Positions 49,980-59,614 of a stretch of DNA of 64,000 nt are shown here, piece by piece; within the stretch, counting starts at the first letter, position 1; every line of letters starts with the position of its first letter. The stretch covers positions 62,001-126,000 of the IMG/VR virus record IMGVR_UViG_3300005253_001115; one strand, given 5' to 3'. Below the pieces are notes generated by a model, which was not told the origin of the DNA, ran no database searches, and was given only the letters and a program-made list of their open reading frames with translations. Both the position numbers and the translations under genes were made by a program.

Positions 49980-51263
49980 TTACAACGAGTTTACTCTCGC
50001 CTTGTCATAGAACTCTACAAGGCGAGGTTCAGCTTTCACGATGCTGGGGTCGATAGGAATAGTCAACGATAGTCCCTCCAGGGACCGCATTCGAGAAAGT
50101 GCCACATATGCCTGTCCGCAAGCGAATCCGTTAGAGAGGTCGATCTCTACATTGTCGAGTGTGAGTCCCTGGGACTTGTGGATAGTCAGAGCCCAGCCTA
50201 AACGTACCGGGAAGTGCGTCATAATGGCCTGTATGCGCTGATCTCCGTCTACCTGCTCCCAATCCTCCTTATTCACGATAACAGCTTTACCCGTATCCAA
50301 AGTAACCAGAATGCTGGAGATTTCGTTTTGGTCGTTCACGGAAATACTCTTGACGAGCCCTCTGCTGCCGTTGACGTACATGCCTTCCTTGTGGTTCTTC
50401 AGCAGGAGAACAGGGACGCCAATCTTGAGACCCAGGGGAGAATCTGTCAGGCTGTTGCGAACCATCTTTTCTGCGACCCCCTTGGGGTATTTAGTGAAGA
50501 ACTGGAAACGGGGCTTGGCCTGGAACAATTCCCCCGGGTGCTCCCGCAGCTTGTCGAAGTTAATTTGGTCGGCTTCCTTGTTGGTGGCAACCAAGTGGGT
50601 TGGCTCAACCAGCACTCTGCCAACGCAGGGGCGAAAGACTTTCCGAATCTCCTTGGTGTACTCGCCGAAGCGAACACGATTGAGAGCGTTCACGAAAGTC
50701 TGGTCTTCTTGTCGAAAGGAGCGCTGGAGATCAATGGTCTCCATCTTGGCCTTTTCCCAGGAAGGTGAATCTATTGCAAAACGGTACTCCGCCTTGTTGT
50801 CTTTTTCGACTGGGGGTAGCTGTAGGAAGTCTCCACAGAGAATGAGCTGAAGACCACCGAAGGGCTCGTAATTGCTCCTGACCTGTTGTAGCCACCAATC
50901 CATCATTGTAATGTAATCGCCGGACAGCATGGACACCTCGTCAACGATGAGGGTCTGGACGAAGTTGAGACGATTTTGGGCCTTCTGCATTGCATTGGTG
51001 CCGTGGTATTCTTTGGCCTCTTTGATGGTGCCCGCTATGCGGGTGCCAAGCAAAGCATGGATCGTGCTCCCACCGACGTTGAGAGCGGCAACGCCGGTCG
51101 AAGCAGCAACCCTGAACTTGTGTTGCCGAGCATGGAACTCTTCGATGATGTGCTTGATGACGAAGGACTTGCCCACGCCGCCAGGACCCGAAACGAATAG
51201 GTTCTGTCCGCTCATTGCAGCATCGAAGCAACGCTTCTGTTCTGTACTCAGTTCTTCAGCCAT
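49980..51263 (-). CDS. Pif1-family (SF1B) helicase
   Basis: GPGGVGKS, DEVSML, GDFLQLPPV, FPVRLGWALTIHKSQGLTLD, GQAYVALSR. Confidence 0.92.
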   Translation of the reverse strand: MAEELSTEQKRCFDAAMSGQNLFVSGPGGVGKSFVIKHIIEEFHARQHKFRVAASTGVAALNVGGSTIHALLGTRIAGTIKEAKEYHGTNAMQKAQNRLNFVQTLIVDEVSMLSGDYITMMDWWLQQVRSNYEPFGGLQLILCGDFLQLPPVEKDNKAEYRFAIDSPSWEKAKMETIDLQRSFRQEDQTFVNALNRVRFGEYTKEIRKVFRPCVGRVLVEPTHLVATNKEADQINFDKLREHPGELFQAKPRFQFFTKYPKGVAEKMVRNSLTDSPLGLKIGVPVLLLKNHKEGMYVNGSRGLVKSISVNDQNEISSILVTLDTGKAVIVNKEDWEQVDGDQRIQAIMTHFPVRLGWALTIHKSQGLTLDNVEIDLSNGFACGQAYVALSRMRSLEGLSLTIPIDPSIVKAEPRLVEFYDKARVNSL

Positions 51264-52048
51264 TAGCTTGCCGTGTCGTCTCCGCCCGTGGTGGACTCAA
51301 CGACGAGATCACCATCTCCGCCACTGGCGGAATCAACAGCTAACTCTTGACCCTCGTCAGGATCAGGCATGGCGTAAAGCGCATGAGTCGTGACTCGACC
51401 CGTGTTGCCGCTAGCTATCGAGTGAGAGCGAGTTGCTGTGTACGTGGACATGGCGTTGGCGACCGTGGCGTTCATGTTGATGGAACCGTCCACGTTGGCA
51501 TCGAAACTAAGCATGTTGCCCGAGTGGAACCCGAGCTGTGCCTGGACCTGCGTAAGATCCTGGTTAGCTCCAATGTAGGTGAAGTTCCAACCAGCGTCCT
51601 GAAGCTCCTTGACCTTAGAGGCCAGCTTCTCGGAAGTCGTCTTGGATGCGTTTTCTGCACCGTCACTGATGACCACAACCAGAACGTCATCGACGTGAGC
51701 TGCCTCTGCGGAGAGGAAGTCGATCATGTCGCTGACGCCATCGAACATAGCCGTCATGCCACTGGGGCGGTAGTCTGCCTCGGTGAGATCCTTCAGAGAA
51801 GTAACAGGAACTAGAGTCGGGTTCTTCTCCTTGCTGCCATCATGGAAAACCGGAGTCACCTGATTGTTGAAAGTGCTGAATGCAACGAAGGTGTTGGCAG
51901 CATCGTCGGAATCTCGCAGGGCAGAGAACTGCTCATTGGTTCCGCTAATGGTGACATCCTTGATGGTACCCATGGAGCTACTGCGGTCGAGGACAATCCC
52001 CACTAGCAATCGCTTGTTTGTGAAATTCTTGGGCTTAGGCATCTTCAT
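51263..52048 (-). CDS. von Willebrand factor A domain protein
   Basis: MIDAS DRSSSM, TAMFDG, VISDGAENAS. Confidence 0.85.
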   Translation of the reverse strand: MKMPKPKNFTNKRLLVGIVLDRSSSMGTIKDVTISGTNEQFSALRDSDDAANTFVAFSTFNNQVTPVFHDGSKEKNPTLVPVTSLKDLTEADYRPSGMTAMFDGVSDMIDFLSAEAAHVDDVLVVVISDGAENASKTTSEKLASKVKELQDAGWNFTYIGANQDLTQVQAQLGFHSGNMLSFDANVDGSINMNATVANAMSTYTATRSHSIASGNTGRVTTHALYAMPDPDEGQELAVDSASGGDGDLVVESTTGGDDTAS

Positions 52049-52241
52049 TTCCTTTTTTCTCTGCGGCTATAAGAGACCGCAAGTGCATGGTCAACTCAAA
52101 GTGCCCCGGCACTTTGCCGTTGGGGCCGGATGAGAAACCTCTCAACCAGTTGTCCAGGGCCACCAACCCCTGGAAGGTGGCGGCTGGAATTATCGTATCT
52201 ACCTCAATATCTCTAAGCGGCACTCGTTCAAAATCACTCAT
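52035..52241 (-). CDS. Hypothetical protein
   Basis: Coupled ORF in the - strand operon. Confidence 0.55.
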   Translation of the reverse strand: MSDFERVPLRDIEVDTIIPAATFQGLVALDNWLRGFSSGPNGKVPGHFELTMHLRSLIAAEKKGNEDA

Positions 52242-52494
52242 CGTTCTCGAACTCCTTCAAGACGAGGTTGGCGTACTCGGTACCTTGCTCTAGCTTGCTA
52301 TCGATCTGGCGGAGCCGCCCCCAGATGACACCCAGCACGTAAGCTGCCCTGACACGGCTGTATGGTGTCCAATCGGCTTCCAGGGGGAGCAAGAGTGTTT
52401 CGTTCTTGACTTTGTTGGTGCGGGCGTAATTCAGCAGCCAAAGTCTCGCTTCAGCGAAAGGTCCCTCAAGATTCTTCTTCTGTATCGTAAGCAC
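52234..52494 (-). CDS. Hypothetical protein
   Basis: GTG start 7 nt after TTCTCTAAAG. Confidence 0.6.
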   Translation of the reverse strand: MLTIQKKNLEGPFAEARLWLLNYARTNKVKNETLLLPLEADWTPYSRVRAAYVLGVIWGRLRQIDSKLEQGTEYANLVLKEFENDE

Positions 52495-52503
52495 GATGAT
52501 CCT

Positions 52504-53631
52504 TTAGAGAAGGTTACGAGGACGCTTTACCTTCTGGGCAGCCACGAAAAAGTGGCCGTAAGCGTCTGGTGTAGCCGTATACTCCGTGACCTGTAGACCA
52601 GCCGTGAGAATAAGGTACTTGGTTAGCAGCAGAGGATCGAAACTTCCGTGTCTCTCGTACATGAAAATGGTGCCCCCGTGGGAAAGACGCTCGGAATAGT
52701 CCCAGAGCCGCTGACGCCAGTCCTCGTGCTCTAGAAGACCCGAAATGCGGATCAAATCGTAGCCACCACCCCCAATTTCACTCTCCAGCTCCAGAGTTCG
52801 CCCGTAAGCGTACTTTTCGCTCAACAGGTCTACCCGGTCGGGACCGAACGATTTAGGGCCTTCTGGGGCACTGTAGAGAGCTGAAATCTTCTGGAGCAGG
52901 TCCGCTAGGTCTGTATCCCTCGTGGAGACCGTATTTGGGTACGCTCTGATCCCTGCGGGGAAATCAGAGGTGAAGGCGGCAATATGTGGCACCCCGAGAG
53001 CAGCAGCCATGTGGAAGCCAGCAGAATCAGGCCCGATGAACAACTTCGCACCCGCGATAGTCTGGGCCATCTCCTGAAGGCCACCCTCATACTCCGAGTT
53101 CTCGCCGATGGCGGTGATAGATTCGTACTTGATGCCTTCCTTGTCGAGATGGTTCTTCACCATATCAGGAATGTGGTAGTGTCGGAAGTCGTGGTTCCTG
53201 GGAGAGTTCGGGCCGCGCTTCGGGGTGTGGATTACAATATCACGGGGCTGGACCTCGACATCTGGGTCAAGATACATCACCGGGGTCCGCCGGAATGGGA
53301 TTGCGCTGGTGGAAAAGGCGAAGCTGTCCGTGCCGTGGATGCCTCGATTCATCTCCACGCAGCCGGTGGTATTGTAAAAGCGATCGAAGCCCTGGGGCTT
53401 CTTCTCGTCGCTAGCGTACCCCGGCAGGGCTTTTTGGTCGGCTGTCAGGATGCCCTTGACGATCGGCTGTAGGAGCGGGTGAAACTGATGTAGGTCGGCG
53501 TAATCGGGGTGCGTCCTCAGGTACACCTCCGCCGGGGCGTACTTGTAGAATAGCGCCTCCAGCACCGGTTCCATCATAATCATGTCGCCTGCCCCGCCGT
53601 AGCGAGTGACGAGGATCTTGGTAGATTGCAT
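52504..53631 (-). CDS. GT9-like glycosyltransferase with degenerate methyltransferase C-terminus
   Basis: YGGAGDMIMMEP, FIGPDSAGFHMAAALGVP. C-terminal YDLIRISGLLEH....RLSHGG.IFMY. Confidence 0.78.
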   Translation of the reverse strand: MQSTKILVTRYGGAGDMIMMEPVLEALFYKYAPAEVYLRTHPDYADLHQFHPLLQPIVKGILTADQKALPGYASDEKKPQGFDRFYNTTGCVEMNRGIHGTDSFAFSTSAIPFRRTPVMYLDPDVEVQPRDIVIHTPKRGPNSPRNHDFRHYHIPDMVKNHLDKEGIKYESITAIGENSEYEGGLQEMAQTIAGAKLFIGPDSAGFHMAAALGVPHIAAFTSDFPAGIRAYPNTVSTRDTDLADLLQKISALYSAPEGPKSFGPDRVDLLSEKYAYGRTLELESEIGGGGYDLIRISGLLEHEDWRQRLWDYSERLSHGGTIFMYERHGSFDPLLLTKYLILTAGLQVTEYTATPDAYGHFFVAAQKVKRPRNLL

Positions 53632-54077
53632 TACTCGCCCCGCACCCGGCTGGCTTCAACCTTACCCAGGTCCGAGAAGCTGGGGGGTTTGATAAGGGAC
53701 TCCTCCTTATTGCGCTTTTGTACAGCGGTCTGGTGTGCCAGGGCTGCCATCGCGATAAGCTGCGCGCTGGCGAAGAGGAATTTCCGAATCAGGTGGATGT
53801 AGGGACGTACCTTCTTGGGGAACTTGCCGTTGCCAGCAGTCAGCACCTCACGCATCTTCTGGAGTTCGATAGGTTCCCACGGAAAAGCGTACTTGGCCGG
53901 GTCCAGATCCAGCATCATTCGAATGAGCTGGTCGAACTCGTTCAGCTCTTCGGGCTCCTCCTCAGAGGAGGTGGGAGCTGCCTCCACAATCGGGCTTGTT
54001 TCTTCGATCTCTTCGGTCTCGCTCGGATTCGAGTCGTCGTCGGTGACGATCAAAGCATCCTTAATTTCTGTTATCAT
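53631..54077 (-). CDS. Hypothetical protein
   Basis: Likely start MITEIK (54077), because the upstream extension overlaps the endonuclease. Confidence 0.6.
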   Translation of the reverse strand: MITEIKDALIVTDDDSNPSETEEIEETSPIVEAAPTSSEEEPEELNEFDQLIRMMLDLDPAKYAFPWEPIELQKMREVLTAGNGKFPKKVRPYIHLIRKFLFASAQLIAMAALAHQTAVQKRNKEESLIKPPSFSDLGKVEASRVRGE

Positions 54078-54094
54078 ACTGTTATTCCTAAGGG

Positions 54095-54553
54095 TTATTT
54101 GCCGCACGTAACTAACACACTGTTTATTTGTTTTTGGCGGCGCTTGCTCATGTGCGGACATATTCTACGCATTAGTTCAAATGCTCGCCTTCCATTTACT
54201 CTTATCTGATAAGTACGCTTTCTTTTCGTTCCACTTTTGCTTAAACGCTTGTCTGCCCAGGAAGTGACGCGCATCCTTTTCTCAGGTCCGCCTATTCTAT
54301 GTGTACTGTGCTCAGGAGGAAAGTTTTTATTAAACCACTTTGCAAAACGTTCAACAACGTCTCTATCAGTCATTTGAAGAGAAACACAACCATTGGCTTT
54401 ATTAGTTCTATGGTCTCTATGAACTATGGGGCTTCCTTCTCCTTCAAGTAACCCAATTATCCATCCAAATTCAAAATAGTCAGCATTCATACTTTCCTCG
54501 CTAACCCTATCTTCGTCCGGCGGTCGTTCCGCCATGTCGGGTCCGCCTATCAC
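54095..54553 (-). CDS. Single-motif LAGLIDADG homing endonuclease
   Basis: FGWIIGLLEGEGS...VSLQMTDRDVVERF...YQIRV....ICPHMS.R...Q. Confidence 0.82.
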   Translation of the reverse strand: MIGGPDMAERPPDEDRVSEESMNADYFEFGWIIGLLEGEGSPIVHRDHRTNKANGCVSLQMTDRDVVERFAKWFNKNFPPEHSTHRIGGPEKRMRVTSWADKRLSKSGTKRKRTYQIRVNGRRAFELMRRICPHMSKRRQKQINSVLVTCGK

Positions 54554-54554
54554 G

Positions 54555-54845
54555 TTAAAAATTAAGTTCGAAAAGAAGACTGTCTTCTATTTTCTCTACA
54601 ACAAGAACAGGTGCATGCAACCAGTCTGCACCTTTTATGATGTGGCCGCTTTCGTCGAACTGCGGCATTCGAACAAATCTCCTTTCTAGGACTTTGTACC
54701 AGACACTACTGCCGCCGGGAGGAATTTTTTCTTCCGGCCTGAGCTTATCCCCAACACTGGGTAGGACTTCAAAAAGAAACTCACCCACATCGCCCCGCCA
54801 GTGAAGAGCCAAGCCGTCTTTATCTATGATTTTCGCTGATATCAT
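54555..54845 (-). CDS. Hypothetical protein
   Basis: 96-aa ORF with a G-rich SD. Confidence 0.55.
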   Translation of the reverse strand: MISAKIIDKDGLALHWRGDVGEFLFEVLPSVGDKLRPEEKIPPGGSSVWYKVLERRFVRMPQFDESGHIIKGADWLHAPVLVVEKIEDSLLFELNF

Positions 54846-54887
54846 TACATTTACCCCCTACTTACCTTTGTTTAACGCTCCCACCTA

Positions 54888-55178
54888 TCACAAATTCTGC
54901 TCCATAACCCCAGCATAGTCAGGGCTGCGACGTTTAGGTGCCCCGTGCTGCTCCATGGCGGCGACGCAAAGAGCACCGACCTTACGGAAGAAATCCAGCT
55001 CAGTCTCGCCCGTTCTTTCTCGAACACGAGGATCAGTACAATGACTTTGGAGACGAGCAGCGTACTCGTTCACGTAGAGAGCGAACTCGTCCGTCGTCCT
55101 AGGAGCCTCGTCCCACAGGTCCTCTTGATAGTCCCTCTCGCTGTTGAACGCTTCGTATACTTCTTCTCTGGTTGCCAT
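54888..55178 (-). CDS. Hypothetical protein
   Basis: GGAG SD. ER.YQ...W...A.CVAAME.HG pattern seen in small phage proteins. Confidence 0.65.
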   Translation of the reverse strand: MATREEVYEAFNSERDYQEDLWDEAPRTTDEFALYVNEYAARLQSHCTDPRVRERTGETELDFFRKVGALCVAAMEQHGAPKRRSPDYAGVMEQNL

Positions 55179-55211
55179 CTATCTTTTCTCCTTATTTTAT
55201 TATTCCGTGCC

Positions 55212-55442
55212 TCATTCTTCATTGCCAATTTCTGTGGGAAGGGGTGGAATTGTGGTAGCTACCATTGCGTGCTCCATCTCTACTTTGTATTCGGGATGCT
55301 TTTTGTTCCAAGGACCAATAACCTCTTCCTGAAAAGCTTGTGCCAGAATGCGCTCCTTTTCCATAAGCTCTTCATAAGTCTCTTCGATTATGCAGTGTTG
55401 AAGAGCTACGGTGATCCTTTTAAGATTCATAACCTTAGGCAT
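55212..55442 (-). CDS. Hypothetical protein
   Basis: GGAGG SD. Confidence 0.6.
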   Translation of the reverse strand: MPKVMNLKRITVALQHCIIEETYEELMEKERILAQAFQEEVIGPWNKKHPEYKVEMEHAMVATTIPPLPTEIGNEE

Positions 55443-55455
55443 GCTACCTCCTTTT

Positions 55456-56595
55456 CTATTTCCTCGCTACAATGTGAAAAGACCAAAGAGGGTCTCGCCG
55501 GGAGGTGTATTCAACAATGTTCATTCCTAGAACTTCCTTTAGGAAACGCACCAGCGTTACTGGTTCCGGGTTCCATACGTGCTGTTTTCCTACCCAAGAA
55601 CCTGTGCGGGCGTGCCACACCTCGGCCCTGGGGTGGGGAAGGTACAACACCATAGCGCCGCCGGGGCGGATTACACGGTGCCAGAGAGTCAGTTCTTGTG
55701 CCCACTCTGTAATGTGCTCCAGACAGTGGGAACTGAACAGCCCAGCGAAGTGGTTGTCAGGTGCATCCTCGATCACTTCTCGATTTTGCATGTCTACCGG
55801 GATTCCGTTGGGGATGGGCCAAGCGCTGCATCCTACGTCTACAAAGTGCGCCTTCATGTACTTCTTGGCGAGGCACTTGATGAACTCGGCAGCGTTGCCG
55901 CAGTTGAGGTAGTCTGGGTAACGCTTCTCGAACAAGGTTTCTTCGACCGCCCGGAGAATGGACTCTTTGGTTCCGGGAACCACTACTACGTTGAACGGGG
56001 CGCGCTCTACCTCCCTATCGAGATCCATAGCCATGACAACGCGACAATCTAGGGCAGCAGCCGCTTGCGTGGCCCAGCTATCGGGACCCACCACCAACGT
56101 AGCAGCGGCCAAGGTCTTGAGGATACTGCGCAGATCGTCAGCATCGTCCGCTGTGGCGATCTCTTTGGTCTCGTAGGCGTGATGAAGAGGCTCCGTGAAA
56201 ACGGGCCATTCGGGGACGTTGTGGGACACGCGAGTCAATACGACGTAATTTTCGTCGGCTGGGTACTCGTCCAAGAAGATCTTGGGAGTTTTTCTGAGAA
56301 GGGTAACGCCCGCAGCCGCAGCAAACTTCTCTACGAGAGGCATCTTCAGAGTCCACCGCTGAATGTCGGGGATTTCTGTATGGATGTCAAAATCCGAAGC
56401 CAGGGTCGGATCTTCATCCTCGGAGAAGGCGATGACTTTGTGGATAAGGGGATGGTGCTCGAAAAACGGCTCGTAACCAAGGCAGGTGCGGAGAGTCAGC
56501 TCGCAGTTCTCGTACTGGTAGTACAGCGCCTCAATGGTGGGCTCAAGCTGCACAATATCATCGGTCGAGGATAGAGCGGTCAGTAGAAGTTTCAT
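55456..56595 (-). CDS. GT9-like plus SAM methyltransferase fusion
   Basis: LVVGPDSWATQAAAAL (GT9-like). VDVGC...FSSHCLEH...RVIRPGGAMVLYLPH (MTase). Confidence 0.78.
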   Translation of the reverse strand: MKLLLTALSSTDDIVQLEPTIEALYYQYENCELTLRTCLGYEPFFEHHPLIHKVIAFSEDEDPTLASDFDIHTEIPDIQRWTLKMPLVEKFAAAAGVTLLRKTPKIFLDEYPADENYVVLTRVSHNVPEWPVFTEPLHHAYETKEIATADDADDLRSILKTLAAATLVVGPDSWATQAAAALDCRVVMAMDLDREVERAPFNVVVVPGTKESILRAVEETLFEKRYPDYLNCGNAAEFIKCLAKKYMKAHFVDVGCSAWPIPNGIPVDMQNREVIEDAPDNHFAGLFSSHCLEHITEWAQELTLWHRVIRPGGAMVLYLPHPRAEVWHARTGSWVGKQHVWNPEPVTLVRFLKEVLGMNIVEYTSRRDPLWSFHIVARK

Positions 56596-56602
56596 GACAA
56601 GC

Positions 56603-56612
56603 CTTTAGAGTA
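56603..56612 (-). promoter_or_regulatory. Putative promoter TACTCTAAAG, 7 nt before ATG 56595
   Basis: Member of the motif family with the same spacing. Confidence 0.6.
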
Positions 56613-56614
56613 GC

Positions 56615-56938
56615 CTAGTGTGAAACCCACCTTTTCATGGTGGTGAGCTTATCAAAAAACCCTTTTATGTCTGTTTTCAAATAGTTCATGTGGGCAATCA
56701 CAATGTATGGTGTGTCTTCTAGAATATCCAATCCGGTACTAGCACCCATCGGGCGATACAGCAAGCAAGTCATCCACTCGAAGCCTTCGTTTTTGTTCAT
56801 CTCGTGGAGTTCGCTGTAGATGTTCTCGTAATCTTCCTTCTTGATGAGAAGGAGGACAGGACCGTCCTCGTCCGGGACCGGAAGGTGAATTTTTGATAGC
56901 GACGGGTCTTCCCGCAAATCGTATAGAACGTAGAACAT
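56615..56938 (-). CDS. Hypothetical protein
   Basis: Coupled to the upstream gene. Confidence 0.55.
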   Translation of the reverse strand: MFYVLYDLREDPSLSKIHLPVPDEDGPVLLLIKKEDYENIYSELHEMNKNEGFEWMTCLLYRPMGASTGLDILEDTPYIVIAHMNYLKTDIKGFFDKLTTMKRWVSH

Positions 56939-57144
56939 TACTGATCTGTTAGAACCCCATCCCTAATATCAAGCACCCCGAGGGCGAAAGCAGCGATAAC
57001 AGACTTCACAGCACGTTCCAGAGCATTTGCGCTAGAATAGGCTTCGGCGCTATCAGCAATGATCCTGCCGTTTGTGGAAATCAACCGCCAGCGGAAACCG
57101 TCTCTGCTTTTGTACTGTTCGAGTCTAGCTTTTCGTGCTGCCAT
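56938..57144 (-). CDS. DUF1508/YegP-family protein
   Basis: YKSRDGFRWRL.S.NG.IIA.S.E.YSS......V.SV. Confidence 0.75.
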   Translation of the reverse strand: MAARKARLEQYKSRDGFRWRLISTNGRIIADSAEAYSSANALERAVKSVIAAFALGVLDIRDGVLTDQ

Positions 57145-58054
57145 TGGGGAATACTCCTAGTATTTCTAGCTTCTCAAGACACTCATCTCGTTCTCGGCAC
57201 TTCTTTAGTCTTTTCCAAGAAGGATCTTGGCACTTCTCGAAACTCTTCCTAAAAGTGCTCGGGCGATTCGTGGTCTGGCGATCCACTCTGGAGTCGAGCA
57301 ACATGCGCTGCACCACGCCAATTTCAAGGCGGGTGAGCTGAATAGCCTCCAGCCGGTAGTCCACGAAGGCTTCCCAGGCGTGGGGAAATAGCTTGGCTAC
57401 GATCTCCTTGCCTATGATCTCCGCGAAATCACGAATTTCCTTCTGGGCATGGGAATCCATGCGCAACCGCAGGAAATGAAAGAGGTTGTGAAGGTCTATC
57501 TTCCAGTACGCCTCGGTGTAATTGGAAAGGGGCAAATCTTTGCGGGCCTGCTCGCGAGCAACACCCATCTCTAGACGCTCCTCGTACATAGCACGAGCTT
57601 GCTGGTGAAATGCTACTTCCTGAGAGGATAGCGTAGCGCCTCCGCCCGTCGCGTCGAAGAACCCGTCCGATCCTTGTCGGTTGGCTTCTGCCTGCATTCT
57701 CCACGCTCCGGGCAGTGTAGTTGCACATTCGTCAATAGCCACAGAGTAACGGGTGGAATACTCGTTGACGCTAGCGGTTCGGTGTCGAATCCACTGCCTC
57801 CAAGTATCCATGGGAACACGGACTCGCAACTTGATCTCTGCCATCTCAAAAGGTGTAGTATGCCAATGTCGCATAAGGTACCGAATGAGTTGCCGTTCAT
57901 CGCTGATGTGGCGAGTCCCTTCTCCATAGGATACCCGGGCTGCCTCGACAATGGAGTAATCTTCCCCCATCCAGTCTACTAGACAGACGCCTCCGCCTGA
58001 GCCTACGTTGAACTGCTTCCACTTTAGGTCGTTTCCTGCCTTCTCGTTACTCAT
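57125..58054 (-). CDS. thyX: FAD-dependent thymidylate synthase
   Basis: IVEAARVSY, H.TPFE, QWIRHRTASVNEYSTRY, AREQARKDLP, LFHFLRLR.DSHAQKEIR. Confidence 0.95.
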   Translation of the reverse strand: MSNEKAGNDLKWKQFNVGSGGGVCLVDWMGEDYSIVEAARVSYGEGTRHISDERQLIRYLMRHWHTTPFEMAEIKLRVRVPMDTWRQWIRHRTASVNEYSTRYSVAIDECATTLPGAWRMQAEANRQGSDGFFDATGGGATLSSQEVAFHQQARAMYEERLEMGVAREQARKDLPLSNYTEAYWKIDLHNLFHFLRLRMDSHAQKEIRDFAEIIGKEIVAKLFPHAWEAFVDYRLEAIQLTRLEIGVVQRMLLDSRVDRQTTNRPSTFRKSFEKCQDPSWKRLKKCRERDECLEKLEILGVFPNGSTKS

Positions 58055-58065
58055 ATTGAGTCCCT

Positions 58066-59325
58066 TCAATAGAGATCACCAATAACGGTGTCTCGAACTT
58101 TCTGTGCTTCCTTGATGTCCCGTAAAATGTTGTTAGGATCTTTAGTGTACTCCAGAAGATCCTCGAAGCTATAAAAGATTTCAGAGGTTTCTCCCACAAG
58201 CCACACTGGAATAGATTCCAGCGGAAAATCTGACATCAGATACACCGGGCGTCCTTCTCTAAAGGCTTCCCACGCTTCAGATAACGTCCCAGCACCTAGC
58301 TGAGCTGACCTATCATATAGTACAATGATAGCATCTGACAACTGGATTGCGTGAACATCCTTTCGAAAAAAGGAATTTCTTGCAGTATCCCGGATGATTT
58401 TCATATTCCCCTCAGTAGGAGTCTTCTTTAGATCAGACAGGAGCGTTTGGAGGGGTACATTGCCGGGAGCCTCGGGCTCCAGTTTTACAGGATCGAGACA
58501 AGAAATGTTCTGCTCTGCCAGCCTCTTAGTTATCCAATCCCTCCACCCGCTGCCAAGCTTTTTCTTGAACTCCATGCCCCCTGACAGGTACATTGAAAAT
58601 CCGGTTGCAGGTCGAATCTTGTACCGCATAGCTACAGGCACATGTGGGCGTATCAAGCCAACCAACTTGTTCATATTTTCTTTGTTAAACAGTAGTTGCT
58701 TGTATTCTCCGGCTTTTCCTATCTTAGCGTCCAGTCCCCATCGTTCTGAGAAGTATTTTACCATAATCTCATGCTCCTCTTCAGAAAAGCAATGAGTGGA
58801 TAGCCTTGCCTGTTTGCCACTAGGAAAGACTTGACCGTCGTCCATGAACCACACGGCCAAAGACAGTTCGTTTAGCTTGTCCAGTATGTCCCTATTGATA
58901 GTTTTCTTGCCACCAGCGTAGTATTCGGCTCTAATCTGAAGACCAAACGGGTGAGCACAAGACCGTATTCTTCGACATGTTCGGGTGTTTCGGATCTCTC
59001 CAAAGTAAGGTTGCAGGTTCTTGAAAAGCCACAACAGATACCCGAACTGCTTGTGTCCGTGCTGTATGTCAAATTCCCCAGAAGGGCCAAGGTAGGCATC
59101 ACCCATAAGCGAACCCCTGAGGATGTCTTCTTGCCTCTTCGACACCTTAATCAGAACTTGGTTTCTCTCTATAACGCTAATAGCGTTGATAGAAAACTTT
59201 TTTCGAGCCTTGTAAACGGCTTGCTTTGTGCAGGACAACTTTTCGGATATTTCTCTGTCTGTCATGCCCCTGTCTAGGTACAGGAACCGCAGCTCATTCT
59301 CGAATAGTTTTGTTTTGCTTGACAT
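58066..59325 (-). CDS. HTH-LAGLIDADG endonuclease fused in frame to a nucleoside 2-deoxyribosyltransferase-like domain
   Basis: ILRGSLMGDA and LAVWFMDDG (LAGLIDADG_2). From 58593: MYLSGGM..GWR..LDP..D..AI..SD.IIV..GAGT..E..A..G.PV. Confidence 0.8.
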   Translation of the reverse strand: MSSKTKLFENELRFLYLDRGMTDREISEKLSCTKQAVYKARKKFSINAISVIERNQVLIKVSKRQEDILRGSLMGDAYLGPSGEFDIQHGHKQFGYLLWLFKNLQPYFGEIRNTRTCRRIRSCAHPFGLQIRAEYYAGGKKTINRDILDKLNELSLAVWFMDDGQVFPSGKQARLSTHCFSEEEHEIMVKYFSERWGLDAKIGKAGEYKQLLFNKENMNKLVGLIRPHVPVAMRYKIRPATGFSMYLSGGMEFKKKLGSGWRDWITKRLAEQNISCLDPVKLEPEAPGNVPLQTLLSDLKKTPTEGNMKIIRDTARNSFFRKDVHAIQLSDAIIVLYDRSAQLGAGTLSEAWEAFREGRPVYLMSDFPLESIPVWLVGETSEIFYSFEDLLEYTKDPNNILRDIKEAQKVRDTVIGDLY

Positions 59326-59614
59326 GCTTTTTCCTTTTCGTCTCAAACGTCCAGGCATTGCACAAGAAAAAGAGCAAGTATGCACCCGCCTCTTCCCAGT
59401 AACCTGCAATAGCGAAGAACAACATCAACGCGCCGCAAACGCAGAGTCCCATGAAGGAAGAGATGACCCAAAACCTATGCATGCCCTCTTTAGAGCCGCA
59501 CAGGGTTAGCATCATGCCGCCTCCAACGTGCGCGCTATAAACACAGAGTCCTATGAGGGAAGAGATGACCCAAAACCTACGCACTCCTTCTTTTGGGCCG
59601 CGTGGGGTTATCAT
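59294..59614 (-). CDS. Small membrane protein with an internal 34-codon duplication
   Basis: ATG overlaps the polA TGA. KEG..RFWVISS..GLCV occurs twice, 102 bp apart. Confidence 0.55.
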   Translation of the reverse strand: MITPRGPKEGVRRFWVISSLIGLCVYSAHVGGGMMLTLCGSKEGMHRFWVISSFMGLCVCGALMLFFAIAGYWEEAGAYLLFFLCNAWTFETKRKKHVKQNKTIRE

